64,000 bases of DNA from an uncultured virus (IMG/VR IMGVR_UViG_3300042463_000956) (Duplodnaviria; Heunggongvirae; Uroviricota; Caudoviricetes). Below the pieces are notes generated by a model, which saw only the letters and a list, made by a program, of their open reading frames with translations, searched no databases and was not told the origin of the DNA. This document shows positions 55,132-64,000 of this stretch, piece after piece. Each line of letters starts with the position of its first letter. Positions within the stretch are counted from its first letter, which is position 1. Made by a program: the position numbers and the translations under genes. The DNA lies in IMG/VR virus record IMGVR_UViG_3300042463_000956, positions 1-64,000 of that record; one strand, given 5' to 3'.

Positions 55132-56589
55132 TTATTTTTTATTCACTATTTGAAACTTTATTGTTCTTTTATAAGTATTTACTTCACCAGAAGAAATTAC
55201 CTTTAAGTCTATATAATATTCATTAGGTATCTTATCTCTTGTATCAAAAATTAAGTAGTATTCATTTGGTGTTCTATTTAACATTGTCCAGTCTTGTACT
55301 TGCACTTCAGTTTGACCCTCTCTAACATACACCCTATAATAAGCCTCAACTTTTGGTAGTTGTTGGTTTTTTGTGTATGCCTTTTTAATTATCACACCAA
55401 CTTTTCTGATATCTGTATTTAATATTTTTTCATCTTGTTTAATACCATAAAAATCAAACCCATAGATTGATGGATCATTTGTTGTTGTCCCAAACTGTAA
55501 TGAACTTTCTAATGGTTTGATTACAAATTCATTAACAACATTTGGTAAAGAAAAATTATTTAATTTTATGTTACTCCAAGTATCTGTAAAAATACAAGGT
55601 GAGTGATAATTTAATAATGGTGGTATTGCAATTTCATAAACACCTTTTGTTCTTTGGCAACTATCTAAATTAATAAGTCCGGGTATTGGTGTTCCAGTTT
55701 GATCTGCAATTGTTACTTTTGGTATTTCGTCCAAATTTACAAAATCACCATCCTCATATGTATAAAGATATAATTTGTTAACCTTACCTAATGAAAAGTT
55801 ATTTCTATTATCCTGGATTAAATCATCATAGATTGTTTCAAGTCTTGGTTCATAAAATGTTTGAGTATGTCTAGAAAAAAAACCAACATAATATGATGTT
55901 GTTGTCCCAGTTAAATTTTCAAGTTGAGGTAAAAAAGATATCCCCCAACCAACTGGATTAACAAATGAACCATCCAAAATCGCTTCAATTTCACTTGTCA
56001 TATCAATCTCCAAATCTTCATTACCAAATTCAAAGTGTTGAATACCAACAATTGTTAATGCCGAAAATGGAAAATTTCCGTAGTTTTCGTTATTGTAAAT
56101 ACCTTGTTCTTGCCAAGGTGTAAGAGTTTGTCTTAAATACCAATTTGATGGTCTTGTTGAGTAATTTCTATCACCAGGTACGGAATCTAAATCAGAAAAA
56201 TCATAACCAACACCTTCGTCCCAATATTGAGGTAAAGTTTCATTAAAATCTTCATAAGGTATTCTCCAGACAATTAAATCAAACGATGTTGCCCTTTCCT
56301 TTTCTTCTGATGTTTTTGTGTTTAAAAAATCTCTACTAAATGATGACGTATTAATCATACGTAATACGTGTCTTATATTTGTTGTACAGCCAGTTGAAAT
56401 AATTTTTTGGTTATACTTTTCTTGAAGTTCTGTTAAATCAATATCAAATATACATCTAGAAAACCCAATAGGTATTTTTACACCTCCATCGGCATAAAAT
56501 AACTCAATTATAGGATTTCTACCCGTGTTTGTTTCACCACTATAAACAATAGTATTATTTCTACTGAAATATGAATTATGAATCGACAT
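55132..56589 (-). CDS. Putative structural (tail/baseplate) protein
   Basis: 485 aa, late motif upstream, WDEGVGYD and FFSRHT..YEPRLE motifs. Confidence 0.55.
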   Translation of the reverse strand: MSIHNSYFSRNNTIVYSGETNTGRNPIIELFYADGGVKIPIGFSRCIFDIDLTELQEKYNQKIISTGCTTNIRHVLRMINTSSFSRDFLNTKTSEEKERATSFDLIVWRIPYEDFNETLPQYWDEGVGYDFSDLDSVPGDRNYSTRPSNWYLRQTLTPWQEQGIYNNENYGNFPFSALTIVGIQHFEFGNEDLEIDMTSEIEAILDGSFVNPVGWGISFLPQLENLTGTTTSYYVGFFSRHTQTFYEPRLETIYDDLIQDNRNNFSLGKVNKLYLYTYEDGDFVNLDEIPKVTIADQTGTPIPGLINLDSCQRTKGVYEIAIPPLLNYHSPCIFTDTWSNIKLNNFSLPNVVNEFVIKPLESSLQFGTTTNDPSIYGFDFYGIKQDEKILNTDIRKVGVIIKKAYTKNQQLPKVEAYYRVYVREGQTEVQVQDWTMLNRTPNEYYLIFDTRDKIPNEYYIDLKVISSGEVNTYKRTIKFQIVNKK

Positions 56590-56609
56590 TTACTTTTTTA
56601 ATATAAATA

Positions 56610-58166
56610 TCAATTAATTCGAATATTTGGATTTAAAAATCTTTTTGAGTTTAATTCTTTTTGTATGTCGTCTAGACTAACACTATTTTCACCTTCACCA
56701 GATAGATAACAAGGCGGTTCAATTGGGTTATGAACATGTCCTGATATCCATCTTATTATTTTATCTAATAGATTATATAGTTCTTCACCTCTAACCATAG
56801 AATTTGTCCTATCTTTTAGATAATCTGTAAATGTCGGTTGGTCAATACCATATAAAGTGTTTTTTAAATCGATTGTAAATTTATCATCAGTTGTTTGGTG
56901 AGTAAGAAAATAAAGAAAATCACCACCCATTGTTCCATAAGTAACTGGATTATCTTTATATTCTGCTCTTTCAATATCTGCTGAGCTTTTAATTGTCTGT
57001 GGGCCAACCCTATTATAATCCCAAATAACAGCAAAACCTGGTTGATCGCTTGAGTCAAAAAGTTTTATTTTGTTATAAATGTTAATTACCACACTATTTT
57101 TCACAGAATCTATTGTTGGACTTGGACTTGTGTCTAATATTTTTGCGTTGGTTGAAATACTTGGACCAAAAACAAAGGGAAATTGTCCTATTAAATTTCC
57201 AGAATTTGGGTATTTGTTATAACCATCAATATTGATAAAACCTTTATTAAAACCTCTAATATACGTATTAATAAAAATAATGGAATCCTCAACACTTAAT
57301 CCAGTAAACGCATATTTTGAATTAGGGATTAAAGTACAATTTACGGTAGTACCAGTATTAAACCCAAAATCAGATGTTGTAACATTTTTTACAGTACTTA
57401 CTTGTACATAACCACCAACAGTATTTGCGGTAAGGTTAATATTTGAAATATCCCATTCAACAAAGTTTTTCACATCTTTATCAACAAACTTTGTTATATC
57501 AATAGTTTCGGTGCCAACATCTACCAATTCTTGGTCAAATATTGATAATTGTAAGAAGGATCTTTTATCGTATGGTCTAACATTTGGTTGTGTAATTTCA
57601 CCAACACCACTTGATTGTTCTACAACTATTTTTCTATATTTACCAGCTCTTAATAAAACATCATTTTTCTTTAATACAACATCTGTTGTACCTCGACTTA
57701 AAAGTGCATTATCACCAGGCAATGGGTATATGTCTTTTACAATTTCTTGTACAACACCAGTTTTACTATTTCTAGGTTCGTAACTTTTTTGAATTGATGT
57801 CCCATTATCTAAAACTGATTGGGCGTTTAAAAATGTTTCTCTTTCGTTATTCCAAGGTCTACTTAAAGGTCCTTGAACATAAAATTTATTATTTGATAAA
57901 GGTTCAACTCTTGTTGAATAAATAATATTAACGTATTCGCCGACTTCTGGAACTTGATTAACATAATATGGCAATAACGGAATAAAGATAAATGGGTCTT
58001 CTGAAGTCCAAGCATAATCATCAACTGATTTTGGTGAACCATCTGGTTTTGTTGGTACTGACTGGTTTTCAAGTTTTGTTTGGGGTTCAATTCTTACTCT
58101 TCCCAACATTAGCGGATCAACATTATCTAAAACCTTACCAGGAAGAACTATTCTTTTATCTTGCAT
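56610..58166 (-). CDS. Baseplate hub/spike-like protein (gp5/VgrG OB-fold)
   Basis: GKVLDNVDPLMLGRVRI, PEVGEYV, C-terminal HVH. Confidence 0.65.
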   Translation of the reverse strand: MQDKRIVLPGKVLDNVDPLMLGRVRIEPQTKLENQSVPTKPDGSPKSVDDYAWTSEDPFIFIPLLPYYVNQVPEVGEYVNIIYSTRVEPLSNNKFYVQGPLSRPWNNERETFLNAQSVLDNGTSIQKSYEPRNSKTGVVQEIVKDIYPLPGDNALLSRGTTDVVLKKNDVLLRAGKYRKIVVEQSSGVGEITQPNVRPYDKRSFLQLSIFDQELVDVGTETIDITKFVDKDVKNFVEWDISNINLTANTVGGYVQVSTVKNVTTSDFGFNTGTTVNCTLIPNSKYAFTGLSVEDSIIFINTYIRGFNKGFINIDGYNKYPNSGNLIGQFPFVFGPSISTNAKILDTSPSPTIDSVKNSVVINIYNKIKLFDSSDQPGFAVIWDYNRVGPQTIKSSADIERAEYKDNPVTYGTMGGDFLYFLTHQTTDDKFTIDLKNTLYGIDQPTFTDYLKDRTNSMVRGEELYNLLDKIIRWISGHVHNPIEPPCYLSGEGENSVSLDDIQKELNSKRFLNPNIRIN

Positions 58167-58365
58167 TTCTATTTTTATATTCCTTTAATATTGTATTATA
58201 TGTAATTTCTAACTTATCTAAATGGTCGGTTAACTTAATAAGATTTTCTTTTGTCTTTTCAAATTCCGTGTTTATAAATTCAAGGGCAATTTCTAAATCT
58301 TTATTCGATTTTTCCTTGTATTTTGATACCGTTTCTAATATTTCTTCTTTTGTAACCTTTTCCAT
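58156..58365 (-). CDS. Small coiled-coil protein
   Basis: 69-aa ORF in the operon. Confidence 0.6.
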   Translation of the reverse strand: MEKVTKEEILETVSKYKEKSNKDLEIALEFINTEFEKTKENLIKLTDHLDKLEITYNTILKEYKNRNAR

Positions 58366-58367
58366 AT

Positions 58368-60323
58368 TTATACTTTTTTTCCAAACGCAATACTTGGTAA
58401 TGTTGTACCAATTGGTGTTATTGATAGTGGGTCAATTGCAATTTGTACTTGACCATTTTCTGCTTCTTCTTTATCCATACCGTCAATAAGTGCTTTCATT
58501 GCAATTACGAATTTATTTGGCGTACCATCAGGAAGTGGTCCAGTTGGTATTCCAAGTTTTTCAAATTCTTCAATAACATTAAGATAAGCCCTAGTTGATG
58601 AAAAACCACTTAAAAATCTTGTTGCTAATAATAAAGGAAGTGGTATTTGATTTCCAAAACCTCTAGATGCTAATTTTAATAATTTTAATAAATTATCTAT
58701 AACACTTTTACATTCACGAACATCAACAATAATGTCTGCAATTTTTAATAGTATTTGTGTTAATGCAAATATTATTGATAAAGATTTTTTATTTTTTTCT
58801 AATTTTATATCGACAGTTATTGTTGAAATTAATTGTTTAATGTCCTGAACAACTAAGTCAAAAATAATTTTAATAAAAATTGCATAAATTTTTGAAACCA
58901 AATTAACAACCAAATCTTTAAATTTTTTGAAAAAATCAACATATGATTTTACTAAATTAAGTCCTTGATTACCTAAAGCTAAAAGTACTATCGCCAAAGG
59001 TAATATTACTTTTGGTGTTAATAGTGCAAATACAACCGCTTTTGGAAACTCTTTAATCATCGATTCATCAATGTTTATTTGTAACGGTAACCAATCTGGA
59101 TTTTGAGTTAATGAATTTGTTATATTAGTTGCGTCTTCGATTGTGTTTGAATTATTTGAACCAGGGACAAAAATTAGATTTGATACGGCTGTAACTATTG
59201 CTGTAGTATCAACCGGTAATTTAATTGTTAAACATTCCTCAAATTCAACAACACCATTTAAAACGTCAGAAATAGATTGGTCAATAAATAAAGTCTCAAG
59301 TTCATCAAATTCAAAAAAAGAATCGTCAATATTATCGTTTTCTGAAATTTTAGCAGAACCAGAAACATCAATTTCTTTTGTTCCGTCAAAACATAAACCT
59401 AATATTCTTTGTATTACTAATGATACTTTATAAAAATCACCCAAATCATTTTTTCCATCACCCTTCTCAATAGAAATTGCACCAGTAAGGATATTCATTA
59501 AATTTGCAAAAATATTTTTGAAGTCTATAATTTCTATTGATTGGTAATAATCTTTAACAAATTCTTTTATTTTTTGACCACTAACCCTTTGTTTTGGTGT
59601 TACTTTAAAGTAATTTCCAGAAACACCATTATTGTCCAATTCAGTATATTCAATATCAAATAAATCTTGTAATGACTTACCTTGGTAATTTGACGAGTAC
59701 TGAACAGAAAATTGTTGGTTAATATTTTGTATTCTTTGGTACAATTCCTTATTCATTGAAAATGGATAATTAGGAAAATTTAAATTAGCCTCTTCATATG
59801 AAATTTTACCAATATTACTTGTTGGGTCAACTTTTAATAACCCTAAAAAGTCTATTGATTTTACGTTAATATATAAGTCTTGATTTGGTTGGTATTCTTG
59901 GTCATCAGAACAACCAGTTGTATTAAAAATCTCTTGTTGTAATAAGTCTAATATTTTTGGTTTTAATTCGTTTAATGCTGTGATAAATTTACCAATAATA
60001 TATTTTTTTACATCCCCACCCTTTTTAAATTTTTCTAACTTATTTGGGTCAAGGTCTTTTAAACCGTCTGTAAATTGATCATTAGCTGAAAGGAATTTTA
60101 TTTTTAATAACTCATCTAACTGACTATTTTGTTTTTTTTGCCACTTATTAAATTTAGATTTTCCCTTTTCAAAACGTTTTGTGACTTTTGATTTCTTTTT
60201 TTCAAAAGAACTCCCTACCTTCTTCTTTAACTTTTTATAGTCTTTAGAAAGTTGTTTGTAGGTTTGATTTTTTTGTATCGAACCACCAATAGCTTCATAT
60301 CCTTCTTGAATATCAATTGGCAT
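58368..60323 (-). CDS. Hypothetical protein, probably structural
   Basis: 651-aa ORF in the late operon. Confidence 0.65.
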   Translation of the reverse strand: MPIDIQEGYEAIGGSIQKNQTYKQLSKDYKKLKKKVGSSFEKKKSKVTKRFEKGKSKFNKWQKKQNSQLDELLKIKFLSANDQFTDGLKDLDPNKLEKFKKGGDVKKYIIGKFITALNELKPKILDLLQQEIFNTTGCSDDQEYQPNQDLYINVKSIDFLGLLKVDPTSNIGKISYEEANLNFPNYPFSMNKELYQRIQNINQQFSVQYSSNYQGKSLQDLFDIEYTELDNNGVSGNYFKVTPKQRVSGQKIKEFVKDYYQSIEIIDFKNIFANLMNILTGAISIEKGDGKNDLGDFYKVSLVIQRILGLCFDGTKEIDVSGSAKISENDNIDDSFFEFDELETLFIDQSISDVLNGVVEFEECLTIKLPVDTTAIVTAVSNLIFVPGSNNSNTIEDATNITNSLTQNPDWLPLQINIDESMIKEFPKAVVFALLTPKVILPLAIVLLALGNQGLNLVKSYVDFFKKFKDLVVNLVSKIYAIFIKIIFDLVVQDIKQLISTITVDIKLEKNKKSLSIIFALTQILLKIADIIVDVRECKSVIDNLLKLLKLASRGFGNQIPLPLLLATRFLSGFSSTRAYLNVIEEFEKLGIPTGPLPDGTPNKFVIAMKALIDGMDKEEAENGQVQIAIDPLSITPIGTTLPSIAFGKKV

Positions 60324-60691
60324 TATTTTTTCATTTTGTAACTTTTATCTGATGTGTCTTTTTCTATCAATGATTTCATAACACTATCATCTAAATCTAA
60401 ATCAGATAAAGTAAATTCTTCATCTCTATCATTTGATTTTTGCCAGATTTGTGCTTGAAGCTTTGAAAGTGAGAGTTTTTTTTCAACACAATCATTTATT
60501 ATTTTTTGTTGTTTTTCAATTACAGGACCAATAAGAGTCATATCTTCTGGTTCTTTCATCATAGTCAACATTTTATTTTGGATTCTAATTGCTGTATTTC
60601 TTTGTTCTACAAGTTCATTATAGATTTCTTGCATCAAAGATAACATTGATTCCTTTGTTAGATTAATTTGTTTTTTTTGAGGTCTTGGCAT
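60323..60691 (-). CDS. Hypothetical coiled-coil protein
   Basis: 122 aa, after AGTATTTAT. Confidence 0.65.
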   Translation of the reverse strand: MPRPQKKQINLTKESMLSLMQEIYNELVEQRNTAIRIQNKMLTMMKEPEDMTLIGPVIEKQQKIINDCVEKKLSLSKLQAQIWQKSNDRDEEFTLSDLDLDDSVMKSLIEKDTSDKSYKMKK

Positions 60692-60702
60692 AATAATAAA
60701 TA

Positions 60703-61455
60703 CTAATCTTTCAAAATATCCTGTAATAATTCAGAATATAATTTTTTATATCTTTTCATTGAAGACCTAATTTCTTTTGTTGTGAGATTTGTCATCTCCC
60801 TTAATTCAAATAAAATTATATTTTTATTAAATTTATTGTTGTTATTTGTTTCAATAAAAAGGTTTTTGTAATTTTCAAAAAGATCAAATAACGACTGACC
60901 AAGTTTATGTTCTTGTTCTGTTATTTTTTTATCATCTAATGAAAATTTTAATTTTTCAAGAAATTTTTTCATAATTTCTTCACTAGTAATATCTTCATTA
61001 TCGATATAATAAACCATATCAGGACTATTTTGTAAATCACTAGAAATGTCTTCATACGAAATTTTTCTGTTCATTTCTTTTTGATCTTTCATTATTTGAC
61101 CCATCAAATAATTTTTACAAATAGTACCAAAATATGAATATGCTTTTTTTTCTTTTGATGGTTTAAATTTATCAATTTTAGTCATCAAAAAAGAATGTGT
61201 ATCAATATGGACTTCTTCGTAATCCATATCTTTTCTGTATAATTTGTATCGTCGTATTATTGACGATATCATTTTATCTAAAGGATGTTTTAAAAAATCA
61301 TTGTAAATTTTATTTTTTTCCTCAAATGTGGTTGCTTTAAGATAATCTCTTACGGCATTCTCTTCTATTTCAGCAAAATAATTTTTTACTTTTGGTTTTC
61401 TTCCTTTCTTTTTCTTATCATCACATTGTTCGTTGTTCTCTTCATTAATCAACAT
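60703..61455 (-). CDS. Putative late-transcription sigma factor (T4 gp55-like)
   Basis: KNYF and KFKPSKEKKAYSYFGTICKNYL resemble gp55-family region 2 (FDP.K..NPFAYFT.I). Confidence 0.6.
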   Translation of the reverse strand: MLINEENNEQCDDKKKKGRKPKVKNYFAEIEENAVRDYLKATTFEEKNKIYNDFLKHPLDKMISSIIRRYKLYRKDMDYEEVHIDTHSFLMTKIDKFKPSKEKKAYSYFGTICKNYLMGQIMKDQKEMNRKISYEDISSDLQNSPDMVYYIDNEDITSEEIMKKFLEKLKFSLDDKKITEQEHKLGQSLFDLFENYKNLFIETNNNNKFNKNIILFELREMTNLTTKEIRSSMKRYKKLYSELLQDILKD

Positions 61456-62279
61456 TAAACTTCTTGTGGTTCATATTTTATATCTCGTTCTTTGATGTAT
61501 AGATATTCTTTTTTAGCTGAATCAATCCAAAATTTTACCTCATCTTCAGACAATCTATCGTCACTATTTTTGTAGTTCCAGAAAATTGACCCCTCTCTTA
61601 AGTTCATATGTTTATAACCAATTCTTGGAATCGTCATAATTTTAACGTTGTTATTAGTCATTCTTAATAAGAACTCATATCCAAATGTTAACTTAAATGA
61701 GTCTTTTAACATTCCAAAATCAACAAAAGATTTTTTTCTTATCACCATTCCAGATATTTGAAAGTTTTGATATGTAAGTAGAGTTTCATTGTCTAAGTAT
61801 CCCATTTCAGTTGAGAAGTTTGCGGCAAAAGTTGCCTCATTAGTAAACCCAACAAAAACACCTTTATAATCTACATCAACAACAATTGGTAAAAAAGCGT
61901 CAACATCACCATAGATATCCATATAACTTTTTGCGTTCTTAAACCATATATTTGAATATTCATCATCGAACTCTAAAATAGAAACCCATTCAGATGTCGC
62001 TTTACTTACACCGTAATTAACCTGGTTTGCAAAACTAGGAGTACCATCATATTCTTCGATGAATACATTTATGTCTCCAAAATCAAAAGCAGAAACATAA
62101 TTTCTAAAATAATCTTCACCTACGTGTACAATTATTAATTCACTAACTAAACCTTCTTGGTTTTTTACTGAAGTTATTGCCTTTTCAAAAAATTCTTCAA
62201 AGTCTATTGCTTTACCAGACTTTATTGGTAATATAACCGATATTGTATTTTTACTTTCCATATTAATCAATTGTTTCAA
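61455..62279 (-). CDS. GT2 glycosyltransferase
   Basis: ISVILPI, ILEFDDEY. Confidence 0.75.
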   Translation of the reverse strand: MKQLINMESKNTISVILPIKSGKAIDFEEFFEKAITSVKNQEGLVSELIIVHVGEDYFRNYVSAFDFGDINVFIEEYDGTPSFANQVNYGVSKATSEWVSILEFDDEYSNIWFKNAKSYMDIYGDVDAFLPIVVDVDYKGVFVGFTNEATFAANFSTEMGYLDNETLLTYQNFQISGMVIRKKSFVDFGMLKDSFKLTFGYEFLLRMTNNNVKIMTIPRIGYKHMNLREGSIFWNYKNSDDRLSEDEVKFWIDSAKKEYLYIKERDIKYEPQEV

Positions 62280-63324
62280 ATTTATTTAGTTGTTCTTCGA
62301 ATGTTTTCATTCTTGTTTCAATCATTTCTGAAAAAACACTTAAAACATTATGTTCAAATTTATCCAAGTCAGAATGTTTACTAACTGTTTTATCCATAGC
62401 TTCAAAAAGTTCTGGGTTTAAGTTATCTTCTAACCAATTTTGTGTGAAATCAGCAATAACCTCAACCAATGAATTTTTGTTTGCTAACCAAATTCCATTA
62501 TCTTCGTTTAACCATTCTGGCTGTAAGTGAGGTAACATACCGATTACAGGAACACCAGATTTCATAGATTCTAGTGGGAAAGTACCAAAACCACTTGTCT
62601 GATCAATCCAAACAGAAACAAAACTTTCTTTTAGTGCTTGAGCAAATTCATTTTCTGTAAGACCTCTTAAATCTCTAAATGTAATCCATCTATATTGTGG
62701 GAATTTAACATAAAACTGTTTAATTAAATTAACAGTATCTCTTTGATCTCTTGAATGAATAGAAATAATAGTTTTTGCTGGTTTTTCATTTTTTACAAAA
62801 CACTCGCTAATTACTGGCTCAATAATTTCAAATGAAACTTTTCTCATAAATTGCTCAATGTATTTTTTCTGAGTTTCAGAAGTTGTTATACATTTAAAAA
62901 ACCCAAGTTGTTGCCAGTTCTCACCTGGTTGCAACGTTTCAAAAATATGGTCATAAGCTTGTGCTAATACAACTTTACCACAAGGTAATTTTTTAACTTG
63001 GTCCATAATGTAACCAAAAATTTCAGGGATGATAAGAATGTCATCTGGTGAAATTTCTAAATTACCATCATCTATTGATTTGTGTTGTAGTTCTGACATA
63101 TAGTTTTCGCCTAACCATTCAGCAACACCAATATATTCTTTGTTTTCGTGAAGGATGATTGGATTATAACCATTCTTTTTTAACGTCATTGCAATTTGAT
63201 AAGTCAGTCTAACTGAACCTTTTGCGTTTCCTTTGGTATCTTGGACAACAAAATACAATCTAGATTTTTTGTCCTTCATACTTTGAACCGCTTTTTCTAA
63301 TTTTTTTATCTGTTCGGTATTCAT
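62263..63324 (-). CDS. GT-B (GT4-like) glycosyltransferase
   Basis: GFGTFPLESMKSGVPVIG; LIIPEIF. Confidence 0.7.
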   Translation of the reverse strand: MNTEQIKKLEKAVQSMKDKKSRLYFVVQDTKGNAKGSVRLTYQIAMTLKKNGYNPIILHENKEYIGVAEWLGENYMSELQHKSIDDGNLEISPDDILIIPEIFGYIMDQVKKLPCGKVVLAQAYDHIFETLQPGENWQQLGFFKCITTSETQKKYIEQFMRKVSFEIIEPVISECFVKNEKPAKTIISIHSRDQRDTVNLIKQFYVKFPQYRWITFRDLRGLTENEFAQALKESFVSVWIDQTSGFGTFPLESMKSGVPVIGMLPHLQPEWLNEDNGIWLANKNSLVEVIADFTQNWLEDNLNPELFEAMDKTVSKHSDLDKFEHNVLSVFSEMIETRMKTFEEQLNKFETID

Positions 63325-63331
63325 ACTTTTT

Positions 63332-63631
63332 TTATATTTTATTTATTATTTTCTTAATTAATAACGAATTAAATGCAATTTTAAATGGTATAGAAACTTC
63401 GTTTGATTTCATACCTAAATCTTCATCAACTTCATTTGCTTCTGTTAATACAGTTTCTAAGAAATTTTTAACCAATTCATATTTTACTAAATGAATTTGT
63501 TTTTCTTCTTTTAGTTCTGCGACATCACCTTCAGTTTCGACATCATCTTCCAGCACTTCAGCCGTAAATTGTACATATTCATCAATAGCATCAATGTCAA
63601 CGTAATAGATTTCATTAAATATTTTAAACAT
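63332..63631 (-). CDS. Hypothetical protein
   Basis: 99-aa ORF. Confidence 0.65.
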   Translation of the reverse strand: MFKIFNEIYYVDIDAIDEYVQFTAEVLEDDVETEGDVAELKEEKQIHLVKYELVKNFLETVLTEANEVDEDLGMKSNEVSIPFKIAFNSLLIKKIINKI

Positions 63632-64000
63632 ATTCTTTAGTTATTTTTTTTAATAATAAGTTAAAATCTGATAAAGTAGATATTTCCAATTCAGACTTAA
63701 TGTTTTTATTGTAATCACGTAAAAATTTTACAACAATTTTACCTTCTGGTTTGTTAAGTATTAAATCTGGATTTGATGTGATTAAAATATCTACATTGTC
63801 CCACATATCATTCTTTGTTGTTTCAGAATAAAAAATTATTTTTTCTAATAAACAACCAAATTTTGAAAGGAAGAAAAGTGAAGCTGGTTTTGATTTACCA
63901 ATCTCATCAGAAACTATGAGTAAATCATATTCATCTCTTAAATCATAATATAACTCATTAAGAACATTAAACGTATTCATTTCTGATGATGGTGCGTGAC
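63624..64000 (-). CDS. 5'-truncated protein, possibly HAD-like 5'-nucleotidase
   Basis: Runs off the window end; DILIT.NP and YNK pattern. Confidence 0.4.
   Translation of the reverse strand, partial: HAPSSEMNTFNVLNELYYDLRDEYDLLIVSDEIGKSKPASLFFLSKFGCLLEKIIFYSETTKNDMWDNVDILITSNPDLILNKPEGKIVVKFLRDYNKNIKSELEISTLSDFNLLLKKITKEYV

Overview
This AT-rich 64 kb window comes from a large T4-like (Caudoviricetes, probably jumbo) phage read in the standard genetic code. The host is most likely Bacteroidota/Flavobacteria, based on repeated TAnnTTTG (-7) promoters, a PLPVEL-type secreted protein, a lipoprotein and phage-encoded ribosomal protein bS21. It carries the head module (terminase, portal, prohead protease, scaffold, major capsid), baseplate/fibre candidates, a putative late sigma factor, glycosyltransferases, a ClpC-like ATPase with a UVR-motif partner, and lysis candidates. 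An RNA-rich region holds about 23 tRNAs, several tRNA-like and unknown structured RNAs, a ~840-nt GOLLD-like RNA and a tmRNA. The main finding is that each of the two tRNA arrays is preceded by a short unannotated leader ORF, a competing antiterminator and an intrinsic terminator, and the codons of each leader mirror the anticodons of its own downstream array. This suggests ribosome-mediated attenuators that sense shortage of many tRNAs and switch on the matching phage tRNAs. All family assignments are by eye from motifs; no database searches were run.
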